From Acidobacteriota bacterium (lineage in GTDB: Bacteria > Acidobacteriota > UBA890 > WLXD01): a stretch of DNA of 64,000 nucleotides. The notes beneath the pieces are model-generated. The model was not told the DNA's origin. It saw only the letters and a program-made list of their open reading frames with translations, and searched no databases. The stretch lies in assembly GCA_963666215.2 (NCBI GenBank), contig CAXWPL010000004.1, positions 384,001 through 448,000 of the forward strand. Reading direction: 5' to 3'. The translations under genes and the position numbers were made by a program. Positions 59,759-64,000 of this stretch are shown piece after piece; position 1 is the stretch's first letter, and each line of letters begins with the position of its first letter.

Positions 59759-60916
59759 ATGAGCGATCTGAGCCCATCATCACCGCCACCAGGAGCGGCG
59801 GGCCCTGGCGCGCCTCCGCAGCCCGACGATCGCCAGATCGCCGCGCTCGAGCGACACGGCTGCGCTGCGTGCGGCGCGCGAGCTGTTTGGAACCCTGGTA
59901 GGCAGGGCCTGATCTGCGAGTACTGCGGCACCGAGTCACCATACGAGATCGACATGGCCGGCGAGATCCACGAGCTCGATCTCGTCCGTGCGCTGCGCGA
60001 GATTCCCGAATCGCTGCGCGGCTGGCAAACGGAAACGCAGACGGTCAAGTGTCGAAGTTGTCACGCGGTGTCGGTATTCGCAGCCGGCCGAGTGGGCCAG
60101 AACTGCGAGTTCTGCGGCTCGCCCGAGCTTGTGGACTACGAGGAGCTCAAATCGCCTCTTCGCCCGCAAAGTCTGATGCCGTTCCAAGTGGACAAGGCCA
60201 AGGTCCGCCGCCTCATCAAGGGCTTCTACGCATCGAAGTGGCTGGCTCCCGGAGCCCTTCGAAAGAGCGCGGCGATCGAGAATGTTCGAGGAGTCTATAT
60301 CCCGTACTGGACGTTCGACGCTCGGGTCGATTGTCCCTGGACCGCAGACTCGGGCACCTACTACTACACCACCGAGACCTACCGCGACTCGGACGGTACG
60401 ACCAAGCAGCGGCAGGTTCGACACACACGGTGGCGACCCGCATCTGGGCGGGTCAGGGAGTTCTTCGACGACGAGCCTGTGCCCGGTACCCAGGGAGTCG
60501 ACCCGAAGCTCCTGCGACAAATCGAACCCTTTCCCAACCAGGAGCTCGTGGCCTACGACACGGCCTATCTTTCGGGCTTCATCGTCGAGCACTACCAAGT
60601 CGTCCTGCTCGACGCAGCCCGTCAGGCGCGCTCGTCGATCGAATCCAAGCTCCGACGACTGTGTGGCTCGGAAGTCCCCGGCGACACGCATCGGAATCTG
60701 GTGATCAATCCGACCTACCGAGATCAGACGTTCAAGCACATCCTCGTACCCGTCTGGTTGCTGAGCTACAACTTCAAGGGCACCAGCTACCAGGTGCTCG
60801 CCAACGGCTTCACCGGCGCCTTGGCAGGCCGCTACCCCAAGAGTCGCTGGAAGATCTTCTTCCTCGTGCTCTTCGCGGCCCTGGCACTTGGGGCGTTCGC
60901 GCTATTCGCCGGGTAA
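59759..60916 (+). CDS. Zinc-ribbon membrane protein typical of SPFH gene clusters
   Basis: Four CxxC pairs, GVYIPYWTFD, FKHILVPVW, NGFTG..P.S.WKI followed by a TM. Confidence 0.85.
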   Translation: MSDLSPSSPPPGAAGPGAPPQPDDRQIAALERHGCAACGARAVWNPGRQGLICEYCGTESPYEIDMAGEIHELDLVRALREIPESLRGWQTETQTVKCRSCHAVSVFAAGRVGQNCEFCGSPELVDYEELKSPLRPQSLMPFQVDKAKVRRLIKGFYASKWLAPGALRKSAAIENVRGVYIPYWTFDARVDCPWTADSGTYYYTTETYRDSDGTTKQRQVRHTRWRPASGRVREFFDDEPVPGTQGVDPKLLRQIEPFPNQELVAYDTAYLSGFIVEHYQVVLLDAARQARSSIESKLRRLCGSEVPGDTHRNLVINPTYRDQTFKHILVPVWLLSYNFKGTSYQVLANGFTGALAGRYPKSRWKIFFLVLFAALALGAFALFAG

Positions 60917-61056
60917 CCCTCTCGGCAACGGCGGCGGCTCGCTCGGTATCCGTGGGCTCAGTGCGATCTCCGCGTGAATTGAAACAGCAGACGTCTCGCG
61001 TGGCGCACGCTACTCGGCCGCGGTAGCTCCGGCTAGCTGACGCTCACCGGTGCGCC

Positions 61057-61437
61057 CTAGGCGGAACGATAAAGGCGCAGCTCCTCAATGTCATCGAAGT
61101 CGCGAGTATTGAGCGTCCACAGCGCCGCATCGGCCAGTAGGGTGGTGGCTGCAATGCCGAGATCGATCTCTCGCCTTCTCGGGGTGGGCACGCTGCGGTA
61201 GAGGTCGGCAGCCAAGGCCGCGGTCGCGTCATCGAAAGCAAGCGTTTCGCTGCGCGGAAAGAGCGTCTCTTGGGCGAGCAACTCCTCGCGTAGCCGGGGG
61301 CCTCGCAGCCACTCGTAAAGAACCAGGGATGGGAGAAGCAGCCTCTGCCCGTCTTCCAGGGCGCTCCGCAACTGCGGCGCAGAGCGACGCGGGCCGGTAA
61401 GCGCGTCGACCAGGAGCGATGTATCCAGAACGATCAC
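61057..61437 (-). CDS. VapC PIN-domain toxin
   Basis: IVLDTSLLVD, YEWLRG, EIDLGIAA, LWTLNTRDF. Confidence 0.9.
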   Translation of the reverse strand: MIVLDTSLLVDALTGPRRSAPQLRSALEDGQRLLLPSLVLYEWLRGPRLREELLAQETLFPRSETLAFDDATAALAADLYRSVPTPRRREIDLGIAATTLLADAALWTLNTRDFDDIEELRLYRSA

Positions 61438-61778
61438 GCTGGGTTTTCTTGGCGCTTGGCCGCGGTCACGCCCTTCGTCGTCTCGACAGTTGGCGACTCT
61501 GCCGAGCGTCGACCACCCGCCCGCCGCGCTTCACGAATCTCGCTGAGCTCGCGATCGACTTCGGCCACCGGCCGCTGCGGAATCCGCGGCACAAGCTCGT
61601 CGAAGGCCGCCAATCGGCGCAACCGCTCAGCCTCGCTCAGTCACCCGACGCGGGCGGCGTAATCGACGATCGCCTCACGCACCACCATGCTCTTGGGCTT
61701 GCCGAGCCGTGCGGCCGCAAGGGTGAGCTTCTGGACCGTTGACTCATCGAGCGTGAACGTAACTTTGCGTTTTACCAT
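61434..61778 (-). pseudogene. RHH (CopG-like) antitoxin with in-frame TGA at 61641-61643
   Basis: MVKRKVTFTLDE..KSMVVREAIVDYAARVG*LSEAERLRRL; CCAT repeats at 61775-61806. Confidence 0.8.
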
Positions 61779-61978
61779 ATCGTTACCATACTGCCATGTA
61801 CACCATGAGATCTATCCCCGCGTCAACGATCCGCCGGTGTCGTGCGCGCGATCGAACCTGAGTCATCGGTGTTGTCATGCCGTCAGTCGGCGAGATGCCC
61901 CCCGGCTCGCCTCCGCGCGTCTGAAACGCACCCCACCCCCACCGCACCCATTCCGAGCCTAGGAGGCGGCGTCTGAAG

Positions 61979-64000
61979 CTAGCCGGCCGCCTCGGGATAC
62001 GTCCCCGCAAGATCGGGTGTCTCGGACTCGACGCGGCGACTTGCACGGGACTCGCCGCGTTTGAACGACCACTCCTCGATCATCGTCCAGATCGTGGGGA
62101 TGAAGATGAGGGTGATTAGCGTCGACGTCAGCAGGCCAGCGATCACGACGCGCGCCATCGGGGCCTGCATCTCGCCGCCCTCGCCGAGGCCGAGCGCCAT
62201 CGGCACCATCGCCAGCACGGTGGTGAGGGTGGTCATCAGAATCGGGCGCAGCCTACGGCGACCGGCCGTTTCGACCGCCTCGCGCAGGGGCATGCGATCG
62301 CGACGACGCAACAGGTTGATGTAGTCACCGAGCACGATGGCGTTATTGACCACAATGCCCGCCAGCATGATGACGCCAATGAACGCCTGAATATTGAAGG
62401 TCGTGCCCGTCAAGAACAGCATGAGCACGATACCGATGGCGGCCAGCGGAATCGAGAACAGGATAATGAACGGATCGCGGAGCGACTCGAACTGAGACGC
62501 CATGACCGCGTAGACGAGGATAATCGCCAGCGCCAGCACCAGCATCAGATCGTTGAAGGCACGCTGTTGCTCGAGGTACTCGTCGCCGAGAAGAATCGCG
62601 AACTGCGGCGGGATATCCATCCTGCGAACGCCGTCCTGGATATCGGCCATCACGCTCCCCATGTCGCGACCTTCGACATCGGCCGACACGGTGATGATGC
62701 GCTCCTGGTCCTTGCGGGTAATGCTCACCGGGCCCTCTCGACGCTCGAGTGTCACGATGCTCGAGGCGGCGATGCGGCGCCCCGTCGGCGTGATGATGGG
62801 CACGCGGTCGAGCTGACTGAGGTTCTGCCGATCGGCTTCTCGTAGTCGTACGAGGACATCGAACTCACGGCCGGAATCACGGAAACGCGTCGCCACGCGC
62901 CCGCCGATCGCGGTCCGCAGCGTGCTCGCGGTATCGGAAAGATTGAGACCGAGCGTCGCCGCTTTTTCGCGATCGAGAACGACACGTAGCTCGGGTACTC
63001 CGGGCTGCCGACTGACACGCGGGTCAACAATGCCGTCGATCGCGCTCATGGTGTCTTGCAGCTCCTCGGCGAGACGCTCGGCGGTCGCCAAGTCATAGCC
63101 GCGGATCTCGACGCTGAGACGCTCGCCTTCGCCGCCCGCGCCGCGGAACAGCCAGTTGTTGCTGCCCGGACGCGCGAACGCGATCATTCCGGGCCGTCGT
63201 ACCAGGTGCGGACGCAAGGCCGCGGCCACCTCGGCACTGGAGCGCGTCCGCTGGTTCAGGTCGACGAGCGACACCCGGAGGTTGCCTTTGTGTGTGGCCG
63301 ACTCACGCCAACCCCCGCCGCCAACCTCGGCGAGCACGTGCAGCGCCTCGGGCACCTGCTCGGCGATCACCTGCTCGAGCTCAGCGATGACCTTGTCGGT
63401 AACACCAACGCGTGTTCCGGCGGGCAGCTCGATGTTGATCCGCACCTCACCTTCGTCGGTTTCGGGCATCAGCTCGAAACCGATGAACGGCACCAGCATC
63501 ATGGTGCCGACGAACAGCGCAGTCGTGCCCCAGACGACAGTCCAGCGATGCCCTAGCGCCCAATGGATGGCGCCCTCGTAGGCCTCGTCGAGCGAACGCA
63601 GCATGCTGCCCGAGCGCATCACCAGCTGATTGATGATCGGATGATGCTCGGCGTCAGGGGGACGCACCTGCAGAAATCGGTGGCAAAGCACGGGAATGAT
63701 GGTCAACGCCACAAGCAGCGAGCAGGTGAGCGCGAAAGCGACCACCAAAGAGAGCTGCTGGAACATGATTCCGGCCATGCCGGTGAGGAAAACGAGCGGC
63801 ACGAAAACGGCGAGCGTCGTAAGCGTCGAGGCGATGATGGCCGTCGAGACCTCGGCGCTCCCCTCGATCGCGGCGTACTCCTTGGTTTGACCCGCCTCGC
63901 GATGCCGGAAGATGTTCTCGAGCACCACGATGGCGTTGTCGACCAGCATGCCCACACCCAGCGCCAGGCCACCAAACGACATCGTGTTGAGCGTGAAGTC
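61979..64000 (-). CDS. RND efflux permease (AcrB/AcrD/AcrF family), 5' part outside window
   Basis: GMLVDNAIVVLENI, STLTT, GIVVNNAIVL, RLRPILMTTLTT. Confidence 0.95.
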   Translation of the reverse strand, partial: DFTLNTMSFGGLALGVGMLVDNAIVVLENIFRHREAGQTKEYAAIEGSAEVSTAIIASTLTTLAVFVPLVFLTGMAGIMFQQLSLVVAFALTCSLLVALTIIPVLCHRFLQVRPPDAEHHPIINQLVMRSGSMLRSLDEAYEGAIHWALGHRWTVVWGTTALFVGTMMLVPFIGFELMPETDEGEVRINIELPAGTRVGVTDKVIAELEQVIAEQVPEALHVLAEVGGGGWRESATHKGNLRVSLVDLNQRTRSSAEVAAALRPHLVRRPGMIAFARPGSNNWLFRGAGGEGERLSVEIRGYDLATAERLAEELQDTMSAIDGIVDPRVSRQPGVPELRVVLDREKAATLGLNLSDTASTLRTAIGGRVATRFRDSGREFDVLVRLREADRQNLSQLDRVPIITPTGRRIAASSIVTLERREGPVSITRKDQERIITVSADVEGRDMGSVMADIQDGVRRMDIPPQFAILLGDEYLEQQRAFNDLMLVLALAIILVYAVMASQFESLRDPFIILFSIPLAAIGIVLMLFLTGTTFNIQAFIGVIMLAGIVVNNAIVLGDYINLLRRRDRMPLREAVETAGRRRLRPILMTTLTTVLAMVPMALGLGEGGEMQAPMARVVIAGLLTSTLITLIFIPTIWTMIEEWSFKRGESRASRRVESETPDLAGTYPEAAG

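Noticed and set aside
2719-61026. Long antisense or alternate-frame ORFs (e.g. 2719-3849, 18802-20079, 52361-53740, 58408-59901)
   Set aside because: Arg/Ala/Pro-rich shadows of real high-GC genes, with no motifs.
30779-61643. Alternative genetic code or selenocysteine reading of the in-frame TGA codons
   Set aside because: TGA ends many normal genes here, the expected residues differ between sites (Gly, Arg, small residue), and none is a catalytic Cys position.

Overview
High-GC bacterial window, probably Acidobacteriota judging by several ADOP-type duplicated ABC permeases paired with PadR regulators (inference). It is an accessory-looking mosaic. Intact or nearly intact modules include pntAB, a sarcosine-oxidase-like cluster, a metal ABC import operon, uppS with its regulator, soxR-SDR-queA-like, minor pilins, four type II toxin-antitoxin pairs and a partial RND pump. 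These are interleaved with many gene fragments, internal deletions, single-base frameshifts and four in-frame stops, some of which may be assembly errors. The most striking locus is a minus-strand cluster of tRNA-His(GUG), hisS and a histidine-ammonia-lyase-like gene. The tRNA has non-canonical identity elements (G1:U72, A73, no CCA directly after base 73) and the HisRS is of the divergent KPGPGR alphaproteobacterial/eukaryote-like type. No CRISPR array, rRNA, integrase or transposase was seen. All annotation is by eye from motifs; no searches were run.
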